Part shown: positions 1 to 10,398 of the stretch, in pieces
How positions within the stretch are numbered: position 1 is the first letter of the stretch
Layout: every line of letters begins with the position of its first letter
IMG/VR virus record: IMGVR_UViG_3300029258_004576
Source: a virus
DNA: 36,076 nucleotides
Strand: one strand, 5' to 3'
Made by a program: the position numbers and the translations under genes
Notes under the pieces: generated by a model
Database searches by the model: none
What the model saw: only the letters and a program-made list of their open reading frames with translations
What the model was told of the DNA's origin: nothing

Positions 1-218
1 TTGTTGGTAAAACCAACTTTGAAAAAACGACCCCCTTCGTTCATGACAATTATGTGATCTGAATAAGAGGCGAACAATACCGAATCACTCACCCCAAACA
101 GCTCCTGATTTTCCGAAACAACTCTGTCAAGGTTTTGCAATAGCTCCTCGTAAGAACCTCGCTGTAATCGATCCAAAACTTTCGCTTCAACAATTACTGA
201 CTTTCTATCGTGGCTCAT
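1..218 (-). CDS. Hypothetical protein downstream of portal, truncated by window edge (possibly head morphogenesis)
   Basis: Read by hand: ATG at 218 with GGAGG upstream, open frame MSHDRKSVIVEAKVLDRLQRGSYEELL... to the window edge; position after portal. Confidence 0.65.
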   Translation of the reverse strand, partial: MSHDRKSVIVEAKVLDRLQRGSYEELLQNLDRVVSENQELFGVSDSVLFASYSDHIIVMNEGGRFFKVGFTN

Positions 219-371
219 CCCTCATTCCTCCCATGATTTATAAAAAAACAGAACCACCCTGTATTCTATTACCCAGTGAATTCAACCACATGTCAATAAA
301 CCATACCCTTGTATTTCGTTTTTTTTAGATATGTGTGCTAGATAAGCGTCTAAGATGTACACACTGTGCAA

Positions 372-3300
372 CTAGGATGACCTCACTGAGTGCAAAATTT
401 CTCTTAGCAACATCCCTGTTTCCTTCAGTTGTTGCCCTACAGGATTGCTTGGATCTTTCATTGCTTTCAATAACATTCCCTCCATCCTTTTTTCGTCCTC
501 TCTCTTCCCATCAAACAACTCTCTCTCGGGAATGTAAGAATTATTTCCGGTCAATACCCTTCCACCTGTATCTCTGTCTTCAAACCCACCTCCCATCGCA
601 TTAGCAGCCTTCTGCTCATTCTTTTTCTGACCCGCTATCTCCTCTATTTCAGAATCGGATAGCCCGTAAACTTTACTCAATATCCAGTTGAGCGATACGT
701 GCCTCTCCATCATAGACGCCAAGTCAGCTCTGGCCCTACGAACTTCCATCTGACCCAGCTCAAAAATAGAACTCGGAACCGCCATCCGTACTTCAAAATC
801 CACAGCCGCTGGATCGATATTCCTTACCGCCAAATTCACCTTGCTGACCTTTTTCAAGCCATTTATCAATTCACGCTGACATCTCAACACCGTACGCGCA
901 AACCGGACGTCTTCAGCACTCAATGTCGCTTTACTCGGTAAAGATTCCTCGTACCCCAAGTACGCCCGTGGAACCTTGAGAGCTGCATGAAGCTTATGAA
1001 GAAAATACTGGACGTCTTCCACCTGTTGATAGCTCGGCCCCATCAACGACTCTACACGAGTACTCTCCCTGCCCTCTCGCATCGCCAGGAAGAAATCTTC
1101 GTCCATACTGTTTTTCACAAACACACCAGAAGACCAACCCGAGGTTGCCCCACTGCCTTGCATCACTAAAGCAAAGTTATGCCAATGCTTCACTGTCATA
1201 CAGTAATGATCACAAGACTCGACCTCCTCTACCGATACAACACGACAGGATTTCCACGTCCTATGATCTGAACTATCTGGCTGAACAACTTGGTTAGAAA
1301 AATTCAAGCCTGTTTTTTTAGAAATATAAGTATATCTATAACGTTTATCCCCTGGATCATAAACCATCTCCAACCCCGGCAATACGTCACCATATCCTTC
1401 TTCCGACATTCGCCTGTCAAACGGCATGACCAAATCGTTAGGTTTCAAATGCTCGGCCATCACGTAAGTACAATCCTGCTTCATAACAGGATGATCCGGA
1501 GCCATTTTTGCCCAGCCACCATCGCCAAAAGTTATCTTCACAGCAGGAGCATTCTCTCTCGTTTGCCCAACCCACTCAACCTCCCCAGGTGCAAGGTTGC
1601 CAGTGCGCTGATCTATCGAATATACCCAATGAGCCTTGCCTTCTCCATGCTCTTTAGCCATCTCCGAAATCGTAATAGTCCTGCCATCCCCTAGCGGTAT
1701 CAACGTATCATAAGCCACCGGCAAAGGATTAAATTTGAGATTCAACTTGCCAGTTTTAGAATCAATGAATTTCTTTTTCTTGATTCGCTGCATGACATCT
1801 TGAACTGTTCGCTCTGCTTCTTGCCTTGGTAACTTTCCGACATCTACATAGAAGGCATATCTGCTTGGGCTACGAGTATTGTGAACAACAATGCCATTGG
1901 CTACAAAATTGTGCTCCTCCGCCTCTACTCCGATGTCCCAAATATCATCCGTCTCAACCTCTTCCACTTCCCACAAAGACTCTGTCATCGGCTGTCGCTT
2001 ATAAGACCACTCGGTTTGACAATGATATATCTTTTCAACGGTGTACCCCGTCTGCATTGCCAACTCTCGAACATCTTCTGCCAAATAATCGTTAAACAAA
2101 GTCATCATCACCTTTGCATAACATTCTCTTCTGCTCTTTGTCCCAACTCTGCCTTCCTTACGAAAACCACATGCATCCACTAACCCTTCCAAAAACGCTA
2201 CTCGAATCACAGCCGGAGATTTGAATACCCAACCAGGTATCCTCTTCTCCTGTGAGCCTGAAACAAAACCGTTCAAAAGCATAAATTCACATGCCGTTTT
2301 AGAATCAATGGAATATTTTTTCACATAATTATGTTTGGCAGAAACACAATGTTTTCCCACATGTTCGCACTCAGTTGTTTTATTGTGCCCAAACGTCGAC
2401 TCCCCAAAAAATGACTCAAACACACTTCTGTACCGTTGATTTATATCCTCTTGGTTGCATGTTCTGAAACCCAGTTCATGAACCAAACAAGTCTTACCAT
2501 CTTCGTCAGTGGAAGGATGAATGGACACAAAACCTCTCCCAACCACAAAACCAAACCATCTAGCAAACTCAGCTGTCACCGAAGCCAATGACGAAATCCC
2601 TTGTGATCCTTCCCAGTCATCCGGAAAAACCAACCTCACAACCTCGGTCAACTCATCTTCTTTTGAAGGAGTTACCAGCCTGTGAATATTCGGATCCAAA
2701 TCCTTCACTTCTACATAATCAAGCCTTCTCCCGTTCTCACTACCACTGCCATTATGAATGATCGTTTCCACCAATATGGGGTGAGTCGCATTGGCATACA
2801 GCTCCCTGTGTGCGCTCTTGACACGATATAGTACATCCTGGCCATTATGCTTCTTGTAAACGACTTTCGTCTTCTTCAGCTCGTCCTCAGTGGTATACGA
2901 ATAAACCTCGTCACCTTTCTCTATGTCTCGAATCTTCTTGTACCCATCACTCGTCCAAATATTCGTATCCCCATGCAAACAAAGCTTATATACAAGCACT
3001 GCATCTTCGAGAAGCATCAATCTTTTCCAAACCCACCGAGCGGGCTCGGTAATACTCCACCCGTACAAAGAATCTCTGTGTTTGGATAACAACCGCATAT
3101 GAGCAACCCGCCACGGCTCATACACAGCGAGGTTTTTGTCCTTGTTTACCTCAGCTCCCGTACGAGTTCTCATCTTCTCAAACTCTTTGGGAGATATTGT
3201 GACATCACCTCCGTACGACTGTACAAAACCCAACAGATCTGATTTGTTGTTTTCAACTCTCCTCACTGTTGCAGGCGGCATATACCGCAAATCTTGCACC

Positions 3301-4769
3301 CCTCCACTCCCCACAATAATTTCTTCCACGTCGGATCCGTACTTACATAACGTCCTCATCATGGGCCAGACATGTTCCTCAATCCGCAAGCGTTTCCAAA
3401 ACATATCCTCCAACTCTTCTTTGACCACCTTGTCTTGCGACTCCACCCACACAGAACGTCCTGTTGTAGTATCCACCTGTGTCGCATCGTCGGCATAAAT
3501 ATCCAAAGCTGAATTATGAACAATCACCCCGTTACAAACAAAATTCTTATACTCCGGAACACTCAGATCGTAGACGTCCTCTGAGGTATCCAACCTCTCA
3601 ATAAATGCAACTCTATGGTTTCCCTCATTAACAACTAAATCATATTTCTGAACATTCCTCTTCACTGTTGACCAACTAACACCAAGCATCCTCGCTGCTC
3701 CAGCGATTGTCCCCTGCTTGAACAACGCACCTTCCAAAACATCCTGTGCAAACTCAATCCGGTTTGGCTGACTCTTGCCTATCTTCCTTCTCCACTCTTC
3801 ATTCTTCCGTTTACCTCTTCCAGCTATAGACATCTTCTTTTTTGTATCTGAAGAAAGCTTCCGTCCTTGCGAGAAAGTATTTCCTTTCATTTTCTCAGAC
3901 ATTTGACGTCTTTTCTCATCCGTCCACTCAGGTAAAAACCTAGTGTTATCAACATCTTTCAAATGAATTGAAGCATGGTCCTTCTGACAAAGACACTGAA
4001 TATTATGTGGCTCATTATTCAAGGAATTTTCATCTATATGATGAGCAATTTTCCCCCTAATATCCCCAATATATTCATGTGCAACCAAGCGATGAATCCA
4101 TGTCCACCTATCGTTTCTCTTTGAAATCTTCGGCCTTGCCGTGATCTGTGAATCAACACAAGGTTGATACACTTGCCAATACAAACTTGACATCTTCTCA
4201 CTATTCAAGTGTCGCAATCGCACCGATGCTGGCATGAGACGTTCACCAGTCTCTAATTTACCAGCTTCTATCCACTTTTCACCTTTCGTTAAAAAAAGAT
4301 GATCTTCGGTACAACGAATACTAGTACCGTTATCAAAGACAACACGAACCATAGGTTTTTTATGACCTTTTCCCCCTGTCTTTTTGGCACCTAAACATTC
4401 TGCCGGAACCAAAGATCGTCTCTCTGAATCATAGGCCAAAACAAAAAACGGTTTACCAGTTTCTGCCAACGACGCTATCGTCTTCCATCCATCTTTCAAT
4501 GTGAAAACCAATGAGTCACCCGCAAGACAGGATATGTCTCCATATTCGTCCATCTGCTCGTAATCGCTAAATCGATGCATCATACGCCTGTCAAGGCCAA
4601 GAAACTCCCCTACTCCCCCTATTCCATCTACGTTAATTTGTGCATCACCCAGTCCAGACAGAGACGATGCTGCCAACTCTCTCGACGGTACAGCCAATTC
4701 GTTTTTCTGCTGCTCACGAGCAAAAACTTTGCGTACAAAATTGAAAGCAGAATTCGAAAGCTTCGACAT
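372..4769 (-). CDS. Portal protein (T4 gp20-like) precursor with three inteins; about 554 aa after splicing
   Basis: Extein motifs ALDIYADDAT, LMLLEDAVLVYKL/TRSPSRYAFYVDVGKLP and SMDEDFFLAMREGRESTRVESL match the gp20 portal pattern; located next to terminase. Confidence 0.92.
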   Translation of the reverse strand: MSKLSNSAFNFVRKVFAREQQKNELAVPSRELAASSLSGLGDAQINVDGIGGVGEFLGLDRRMMHRFSDYEQMDEYGDISCLAGDSLVFTLKDGWKTIASLAETGKPFFVLAYDSERRSLVPAECLGAKKTGGKGHKKPMVRVVFDNGTSIRCTEDHLFLTKGEKWIEAGKLETGERLMPASVRLRHLNSEKMSSLYWQVYQPCVDSQITARPKISKRNDRWTWIHRLVAHEYIGDIRGKIAHHIDENSLNNEPHNIQCLCQKDHASIHLKDVDNTRFLPEWTDEKRRQMSEKMKGNTFSQGRKLSSDTKKKMSIAGRGKRKNEEWRRKIGKSQPNRIEFAQDVLEGALFKQGTIAGAARMLGVSWSTVKRNVQKYDLVVNEGNHRVAFIERLDTSEDVYDLSVPEYKNFVCNGVIVHNSALDIYADDATQVDTTTGRSVWVESQDKVVKEELEDMFWKRLRIEEHVWPMMRTLCKYGSDVEEIIVGSGGVQDLRYMPPATVRRVENNKSDLLGFVQSYGGDVTISPKEFEKMRTRTGAEVNKDKNLAVYEPWRVAHMRLLSKHRDSLYGWSITEPARWVWKRLMLLEDAVLVYKLCLHGDTNIWTSDGYKKIRDIEKGDEVYSYTTEDELKKTKVVYKKHNGQDVLYRVKSAHRELYANATHPILVETIIHNGSGSENGRRLDYVEVKDLDPNIHRLVTPSKEDELTEVVRLVFPDDWEGSQGISSLASVTAEFARWFGFVVGRGFVSIHPSTDEDGKTCLVHELGFRTCNQEDINQRYRSVFESFFGESTFGHNKTTECEHVGKHCVSAKHNYVKKYSIDSKTACEFMLLNGFVSGSQEKRIPGWVFKSPAVIRVAFLEGLVDACGFRKEGRVGTKSRRECYAKVMMTLFNDYLAEDVRELAMQTGYTVEKIYHCQTEWSYKRQPMTESLWEVEEVETDDIWDIGVEAEEHNFVANGIVVHNTRSPSRYAFYVDVGKLPRQEAERTVQDVMQRIKKKKFIDSKTGKLNLKFNPLPVAYDTLIPLGDGRTITISEMAKEHGEGKAHWVYSIDQRTGNLAPGEVEWVGQTRENAPAVKITFGDGGWAKMAPDHPVMKQDCTYVMAEHLKPNDLVMPFDRRMSEEGYGDVLPGLEMVYDPGDKRYRYTYISKKTGLNFSNQVVQPDSSDHRTWKSCRVVSVEEVESCDHYCMTVKHWHNFALVMQGSGATSGWSSGVFVKNSMDEDFFLAMREGRESTRVESLMGPSYQQVEDVQYFLHKLHAALKVPRAYLGYEESLPSKATLSAEDVRFARTVLRCQRELINGLKKVSKVNLAVRNIDPAAVDFEVRMAVPSSIFELGQMEVRRARADLASMMERHVSLNWILSKVYGLSDSEIEEIAGQKKNEQKAANAMGGGFEDRDTGGRVLTGNNSYIPERELFDGKREDEKRMEGMLLKAMKDPSNPVGQQLKETGMLLREILHSVRSS
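1110..1721 (-). mobile_element. Portal intein 3 (204 aa), atypical class 3-like (Pro1, Cys at block F4, ends KN)
   Basis: KFNPL|PVAYDTLIPLGDG ... APDHP ... DHYCMTV..HNFAL ... GVFVKN|S; removal restores the portal motif NPLSMDEDFF. Confidence 0.82.
1878..2981 (-). mobile_element. Portal intein 2 (368 aa) with a probably degenerate LAGLIDADG domain
   Basis: YKL|CLHGDT ... ATHP ... IWDIGV ... IVVHN|T; FGFVVGRG and FLEGLVDACG helices. Confidence 0.9.
3513..4529 (-). mobile_element. Portal intein 1 (339 aa) with HNH endonuclease, NUMOD3-like segments and an HTH
   Basis: DIS|CLAGDS ... CTEDH ... VYDLSV ... VIVHN|S; internal HRLVAHEYIG...HHIDENSLNNEPHNI is HNH_3-like. Confidence 0.9.
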
Positions 4770-4772
4770 ACT

Positions 4773-5849
4773 TTACCCCGCTGTGTTTTTTGGAACTACC
4801 GAGTTATTCTCAGTTTCTTGAGTACCCTGGTCGACATTTTCTTGACCAACATCCGACTGATCCTCCTGCTTCAACGACGCCCGATTATCCTCCTCCTGCT
4901 TCAACAACGCCCGATTATCCTCGTCTTGCTGTTGACGTCTCTTTTGCTCGGCTATAAACGCCGCCTTGTCCGCCCTCTCCTGTACAATAACTTCCTGCAC
5001 AGACGACATCGCTGCCGCCATATCCTCGGACTGTGTTGTTATCGTGCCACTACTCTTTTGTTTCGGTGCTGATTGTTTTGGCGGTAATACTTTCTTGGCT
5101 GCTGGAGTTTTTTCACTCACCTCGTCCATATACCTCATTATCTGTTCGTACATATCGTTACCAGACGATTTCTTCTTCAGTACCCCCTCGTATTCCTTCT
5201 CCAAACTCGCCAATGGATCAGCCTTTTTTATATCAACCCTGAAACGACGTCGACGCAAGGATGGCTTCTCTTCTACACCCTCTTGCACCGCGTAAGCCAA
5301 CATCTGTGCCGCCTTGTCCACACTTACCTGGCTCATGTATATCGAATGCAACATGGGATTCGTTATCCTAGCAGCTGTCTTCACCGCCATGAATGTCGTC
5401 CCCTGTTTTCGAAAGATCTTATCCAGTTTCTTGATCCACTTATTATACGTCAGCTTCCCCATGGAGAACTCCTCCAGTTCCCCGTAGCTGTCATCTTCCT
5501 GTTGTGTCATGAGAGCCAACATATCTACTGCTTTACCTACACTTGCCTCATCCTCCTCTTCGTCTTCCCCCTCGGCTATTTCAAGCAAGGTAACCACTGC
5601 CTCATGAGGCTCCCACCCCTGACGATACATCATCCGCCAATCGACACCCCCTCCCAATATATCGGTGCCCATTCCACACAGATCTTCCATCTTCTCTTCT
5701 ACCGCCATCCGCCACTCCGCAAACCCCGCTCCCTTCGCCTTCTTCTTGCGTCGTTTTGGCTTTTTCTTTTGACACGACCGCTCAATATCCTCTGCCCTGA
5801 CCACAACCGTTTCTCTCAACGCTCGAATACTATCCAGTAATTGCGACAT
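4773..5849 (-). CDS. Hypothetical acidic/charged protein between terminase and portal
   Basis: 358-aa ORF, tightly packed, GGAG RBS; no recognisable catalytic motif. Confidence 0.8.
   Translation of the reverse strand: MSQLLDSIRALRETVVVRAEDIERSCQKKKPKRRKKKAKGAGFAEWRMAVEEKMEDLCGMGTDILGGGVDWRMMYRQGWEPHEAVVTLLEIAEGEDEEEDEASVGKAVDMLALMTQQEDDSYGELEEFSMGKLTYNKWIKKLDKIFRKQGTTFMAVKTAARITNPMLHSIYMSQVSVDKAAQMLAYAVQEGVEEKPSLRRRRFRVDIKKADPLASLEKEYEGVLKKKSSGNDMYEQIMRYMDEVSEKTPAAKKVLPPKQSAPKQKSSGTITTQSEDMAAAMSSVQEVIVQERADKAAFIAEQKRRQQQDEDNRALLKQEEDNRASLKQEDQSDVGQENVDQGTQETENNSVVPKNTAG
4861..4920. repeat. 30-bp tandem repeat (2 copies, 1 mismatch) within CDS
   Basis: tcctcctgcttcaac[g/a]acgcccgattatcc twice; encodes EDNRALLKQE/EDNRASLKQE. 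Confidence 0.9.
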
Positions 5850-5858
5850 CTCTATCTC

Positions 5859-8800
5859 CTACCCTGAAAAAACTATCGGCTTACCTCGTGAATCAACCGA
5901 ACCAACTTTTACAGGAGATTTATCTCCTGATTTTGACATTGTCTGACGTATCCACTCAGAATCAGCATCCGGTTTGATCGTCTCACTTTCACCCATCATC
6001 AACGGAGCCTGATACGAAACATGCTTGGACAACGTATAGGTCACTCCAGCCAACGAATCGGAACAATCCTTACTGTTATGTACAAACACCCCAGATTGCA
6101 ATGCGAAATTGTGAAACTGATCGACCTCCAAGTCGTACACAGGTACAGGCAAATCAAACTCCAACAACTCGACATCTACTACTCGACAATAAGGACCAAA
6201 CATAGACATCAAAACATCTCTGCCTGGCTCCAAATCTTGAGCTTGTTTGTAAGTTCCATCGCTCAACATCCACCTGTGCTCCGGTGTGCATCTCTCGATT
6301 TCTCCATTGGCAAGAAATACCTCTACCAATTTCGTAACGTCCTTTGTCCATCTCCCCCTAGCTTTGCCAACGACAACAACTCCAGCAGAGTCACAAGAGT
6401 AGACTAAACTCTCTTTTTCTGTCATCTCTGAAATCATTGGCGTCATTCCATTTATCAACGAAACCCTAGTATTGCCAACAAAACATCCATTCTGTGGGTG
6501 GTCAACTTTTCGCTTAACCTCATCACGCTGCAACTGGACCAATTCCTCTAATAAAATCGGATACTCATACACGCTGATACGTCCCTCGTAAAACGCAGTT
6601 TTCAACACAGTGTATGGCTCCATCGTCTTGTCCACTGACACTATCTCCCCGTCGACCCCCTGTGCCTCCATTTGCTGAATAGTATCATGACTTTGAAAGG
6701 AATCAGCCGAAGCAAAGCTGATAATATATCCATGCCGCATGAAATCATAAACAATACCGCGCACTGCGGCAAAATTAATCTCACCATTCCTTGGCGGATC
6801 GATACGCAAGATAAGATCGACCTCAATCAACGGAGCTTCATCCAGGATTGGATCACCCTGATCTGTCCGCCGCTCCACCTTTATCGTATCCACCACATGA
6901 GCGATACACATACCAGCCGGATCTTGAGCACCCAAACTCAGATCAAAATGCACATGCCTTGGGGCAAACGGATGACGTCTGGGGCGGATCTCTTCTACCT
7001 TTCTACCCGGCCCTACCCGCCTCTCATATCGCCGCACCAACTTGTTCCAATCGATGTACGGCATCTCATCTGTCGACCATGTAAGCTCTGACAACGGATG
7101 GAACAAAGTAGGATCTATTGATTCATAAATTTTATCACGCATCTGGATAAACGGTGATAACGCTACCGTTACCACCCCCGCAATGTCCCTGATGGCATCT
7201 TCGATATTACTCTCAAAATCTGGCCGAAAATTCTGAGGTACACGGATGAATTTACACCCCTGCTCGATCAGCTTATCTCTCTCAGGCTTCTTTATCGCTC
7301 GATACTGGGTCTTTGTGAGGATTCTGTGACGAATACGCTCTGTACCTACCAAAACCCAAAAACGCCGCTTGGAGAAGCGCTCAGGTGGCGCTACGTCGTA
7401 AATAGCGTAATCTCGACAAAAAACATGAGACTCATTCGATGCTTCACCAATCCTTTTGTTCGTAAAACTCGTCTTGTGCCTCGCTGAAGATGACAAAAAC
7501 AGCTTACCAGGTAACACACCAGCTCGATCATACCTGGATTTCATTCTCCTCGTTATCGACTCATGCAACAACTCTGCAAACGGACGATTCCCCGGCGTGC
7601 CCGTGCCAACACTTTTTTTCAGAATGCTCCCCTCCATGAAATCCGTCTCATCAATGATACCACCAAAAACATCTCGACCCATCGCATCTGCGGACCTTAC
7701 CGATACCGCAATGACCCGAATGTTCTTCTTCTCGTACACCATCTCAGAGTTGCCAAACTTCACCCCAAGCTCTTTGAAAAACGGACTGACCTCCAACTTC
7801 CGCTTCAACCCACCAAACGTCACATCCCTTGCCAACTTTTTATCACGATTGAAACACACCAGAACAATCTCAGATCCAGGCATCAAACCAAAAGTAGCCT
7901 GCGGATCCTTCAACATGCACAACTCGTAAAACATGTAAGCCAAGCCCATGTCACAGAATGTGGTGTTGTGAACAATGATTCCACCCGGCGCAAAATTCTT
8001 TGGACCAGGCACCTCTACGTCATAAACAGGACTCACCTCATCATCCAATTTGAAAAACACTACCTTGTCCCAAAACACTCCCGTCCACCAATCACACCAC
8101 TCGGGCAAAGAAGCCATTTCTTCAATAGACACCAATTTGGCATGACCCATACGTTGCCCTTTGGTTACCCGATTCGATGTCCAATCCTTAACAGAAACAC
8201 CCAAATCCGAACGTAACTGTTTCGACTCCTCTGTGGTGACAGGAGTAACATCAACATTCGTATTGCCTCTCCCCTTGTTTGCCTTTACCCACTCATTAAC
8301 CTCTTCCCATGCTTCTTCTTTTCCAAGGTGAGAACCAATCGCATTGCAGAAAGGCTCCAGATTATCCACACCAGATACTGTCAATCGCCAAGACCAACTC
8401 CACCTCTTTTCCCCTTTGTATTGATAGGAAACCCGTCTCTTTTTCATCCTTGAATGAATGCCAAACCTAAGTAAAAGCTGTTGAATATCCCGTACAAACA
8501 TCTCGCTTGCTAACGAAATCTCAAAAGTATTACGATCTCTGTAATTTATATTTCCATCACACGACCAAACCCTATTAAGAAACAGCCCCAATTTGCGATC
8601 CGACAAACCGAAAAATTCAGGTGGAACACGTTTTCCATGAGATGTCTGATAAAGTCCATATTTACGCTGTATCCATCTTGTTCCTCGTGGATACAAGGTC
8701 ATCTTACCTGCATCCTTTTCCTTGACACTAACCCCCCGTTTTTTTGGTGACATGGTGTTCTGACGCCACCACAACGAAGATGTCACATCAACAAATCGTC

Positions 8801-9608
8801 TCAAACAAGAATCTGATCCCTTGGTGAAAGACCAATTTCCAGACGAACAAGCCCCGTCTGTCAACATAAACGCAACAAACTCAACCTCTTCATCCGATAT
8901 GTCATAACAAACTTCTGGTTCAGGAACTGATCTGGCTGTCGCCACAAGATCCCCAACACCCAATTCACCCACTGGCGTCCAACCATCTGCCGTCAAAATG
9001 GGATGATCCTGGCTCAACCGAATCTTCTTGCCACTGGACAATATCAATGTACCCAGACGTTTCTCTCCAGATAGTCTCACCTCGGCCTTTTTGGACACCG
9101 TCTTGTTCTGTTCTTTATCAAAAGCAACTACATAAACATCATCCTCTCCACACACTTCCTCAAGCACGAACCGACACCCCTTAGACGGATCGTAAAACTC
9201 AGTCTTTCCATCCAAGCATTTTCCCGAGCCCAAGCTACCTGTGATAATCGCTTCAGTATACTCCCCGCTAAACAGCTCGTTCAAATCTTCTCGCCATTTA
9301 TCGTAAAAATAACTGCCAACATGACCAAGGTAATGCTTGTCCAGAATAAACTCGTCAACACTGACTATCCGCTCAACATAATGAGCATCTGACAACCCAT
9401 GGAAATAACTCGAACACGAACGTATCTCCTCCAAATTCTCGTACCCAAACTCGCTCTCCTCAGACAAATAACTCAACTCATCCATGACCACACGAAAGCT
9501 ACTCTTCTCTTCTTCAGATAGAGTATTCCAACGATCTTTAATGTTCTTGATCTTCTCGTCTTTGGTTATTTGCGAACGATGCCTACCATCCGTGGTTTCA
9601 ATTATCAT
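5859..9608 (-). CDS. terL: Terminase large subunit precursor with two inteins; about 694 aa after splicing
   Basis: Walker A GSLGSGK|T, Walker B GGIIDE, coupling motif LSSSA, RNase H-like nuclease motifs HVHFDLS, ADSFQS and KVDHP..G|SKDCSD. Confidence 0.93.
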   Translation of the reverse strand: MIIETTDGRHRSQITKDEKIKNIKDRWNTLSEEEKSSFRVVMDELSYLSEESEFGYENLEEIRSCSSYFHGLSDAHYVERIVSVDEFILDKHYLGHVGSYFYDKWREDLNELFSGEYTEAIITGSLGSGKCLDGKTEFYDPSKGCRFVLEEVCGEDDVYVVAFDKEQNKTVSKKAEVRLSGEKRLGTLILSSGKKIRLSQDHPILTADGWTPVGELGVGDLVATARSVPEPEVCYDISDEEVEFVAFMLTDGACSSGNWSFTKGSDSCLRRFVDVTSSLWWRQNTMSPKKRGVSVKEKDAGKMTLYPRGTRWIQRKYGLYQTSHGKRVPPEFFGLSDRKLGLFLNRVWSCDGNINYRDRNTFEISLASEMFVRDIQQLLLRFGIHSRMKKRRVSYQYKGEKRWSWSWRLTVSGVDNLEPFCNAIGSHLGKEEAWEEVNEWVKANKGRGNTNVDVTPVTTEESKQLRSDLGVSVKDWTSNRVTKGQRMGHAKLVSIEEMASLPEWCDWWTGVFWDKVVFFKLDDEVSPVYDVEVPGPKNFAPGGIIVHNTTFCDMGLAYMFYELCMLKDPQATFGLMPGSEIVLVCFNRDKKLARDVTFGGLKRKLEVSPFFKELGVKFGNSEMVYEKKNIRVIAVSVRSADAMGRDVFGGIIDETDFMEGSILKKSVGTGTPGNRPFAELLHESITRRMKSRYDRAGVLPGKLFLSSSARHKTSFTNKRIGEASNESHVFCRDYAIYDVAPPERFSKRRFWVLVGTERIRHRILTKTQYRAIKKPERDKLIEQGCKFIRVPQNFRPDFESNIEDAIRDIAGVVTVALSPFIQMRDKIYESIDPTLFHPLSELTWSTDEMPYIDWNKLVRRYERRVGPGRKVEEIRPRRHPFAPRHVHFDLSLGAQDPAGMCIAHVVDTIKVERRTDQGDPILDEAPLIEVDLILRIDPPRNGEINFAAVRGIVYDFMRHGYIISFASADSFQSHDTIQQMEAQGVDGEIVSVDKTMEPYTVLKTAFYEGRISVYEYPILLEELVQLQRDEVKRKVDHPQNGCFVGNTRVSLINGMTPMISEMTEKESLVYSCDSAGVVVVGKARGRWTKDVTKLVEVFLANGEIERCTPEHRWMLSDGTYKQAQDLEPGRDVLMSMFGPYCRVVDVELLEFDLPVPVYDLEVDQFHNFALQSGVFVHNSKDCSDSLAGVTYTLSKHVSYQAPLMMGESETIKPDADSEWIRQTMSKSGDKSPVKVGSVDSRGKPIVFSG
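6075..6485 (-). mobile_element. TerL intein 2, mini-intein (137 aa)
   Basis: PQNG|CFVGNT ... CTPEHRW ... VYDLEV ... VFVHN|S; no endonuclease region. Confidence 0.92.
7965..9218 (-). mobile_element. TerL intein 1 (418 aa) with LAGLIDADG endonuclease, inserted in the Walker A motif
   Basis: GSGK|CLDGKT ... SQDHP ... FMLTDG, VWSCDG ... VYDVEV ... IIVHN|T. Confidence 0.92.
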
Positions 9609-10365
9609 TTTTCTTACGACGCTTTCGTCTCTTTGGCCGTGGTGTTTTTACCTTCTGAACATCCTTTTTATCATCCCCTATATGATCTAGTAACTCTGGA
9701 TCGCGCATCAATGCCTCTACCAAACCCAATACCTTGTGACGCGACTCCGGCTTGGATATGACGTCTTGAACATCCACTCGCCCAGATGTACCACTCCCTA
9801 CCCGCTGTCTTGTCCCCCCTCTCTCCTTCTTCAGCAATCCAAGCTTGTCTCGACGATCCAAAATACCTTTGGCCAAACGAAAATGTGTAAGAAACTCCTT
9901 GTGTGTTGTCGAAAACAATTTAGACAAGTTCTCTTCCGTCTGCACCTCCATATCTATACGACGCTCCATTTGTCTGAGCTTACGCTCCAGCGAATACAAA
10001 GCATAAAATGGATCATCCTCGTCTACCTCGTTGGTGTTTAAATCACCATCCAACACACTGTCGTCAGAGAAAACATACTTCTTGTGCCGCCGAATCATAC
10101 TCCTGATCGCAGCCCTGGACACACCTTCCATCTCCCCTTGGCTACGAATATAATCCTCGACATCCCGCAAAAAAACCCCTTCACGAATCATCCTGTCTAC
10201 CTCAGCAAAACACTTCAACCTCCTGATTTTGCCGGGATCTCGCCCCAAAATATGATGTCTTTTATTTGGAGACCGCTTAGGCATCGTCGTCTCTGTCTCC
10301 GCATCTTTTGACGGTCTGTGCTCTTTTAATTCCGTTATGCCTTTATCCATATCAATCCTGTCCAT
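9598..10365 (-). CDS. Putative terminase small subunit
   Basis: Directly upstream of and overlapping terL; helical HTH-like N-half, coiled segment, basic tail; assignment mostly positional. Confidence 0.5.
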   Translation of the reverse strand: MDRIDMDKGITELKEHRPSKDAETETTMPKRSPNKRHHILGRDPGKIRRLKCFAEVDRMIREGVFLRDVEDYIRSQGEMEGVSRAAIRSMIRRHKKYVFSDDSVLDGDLNTNEVDEDDPFYALYSLERKLRQMERRIDMEVQTEENLSKLFSTTHKEFLTHFRLAKGILDRRDKLGLLKKERGGTRQRVGSGTSGRVDVQDVISKPESRHKVLGLVEALMRDPELLDHIGDDKKDVQKVKTPRPKRRKRRKKNDN

Positions 10366-10398
10366 TCTTTACATACTATCCGATACTACCTCATTTTA

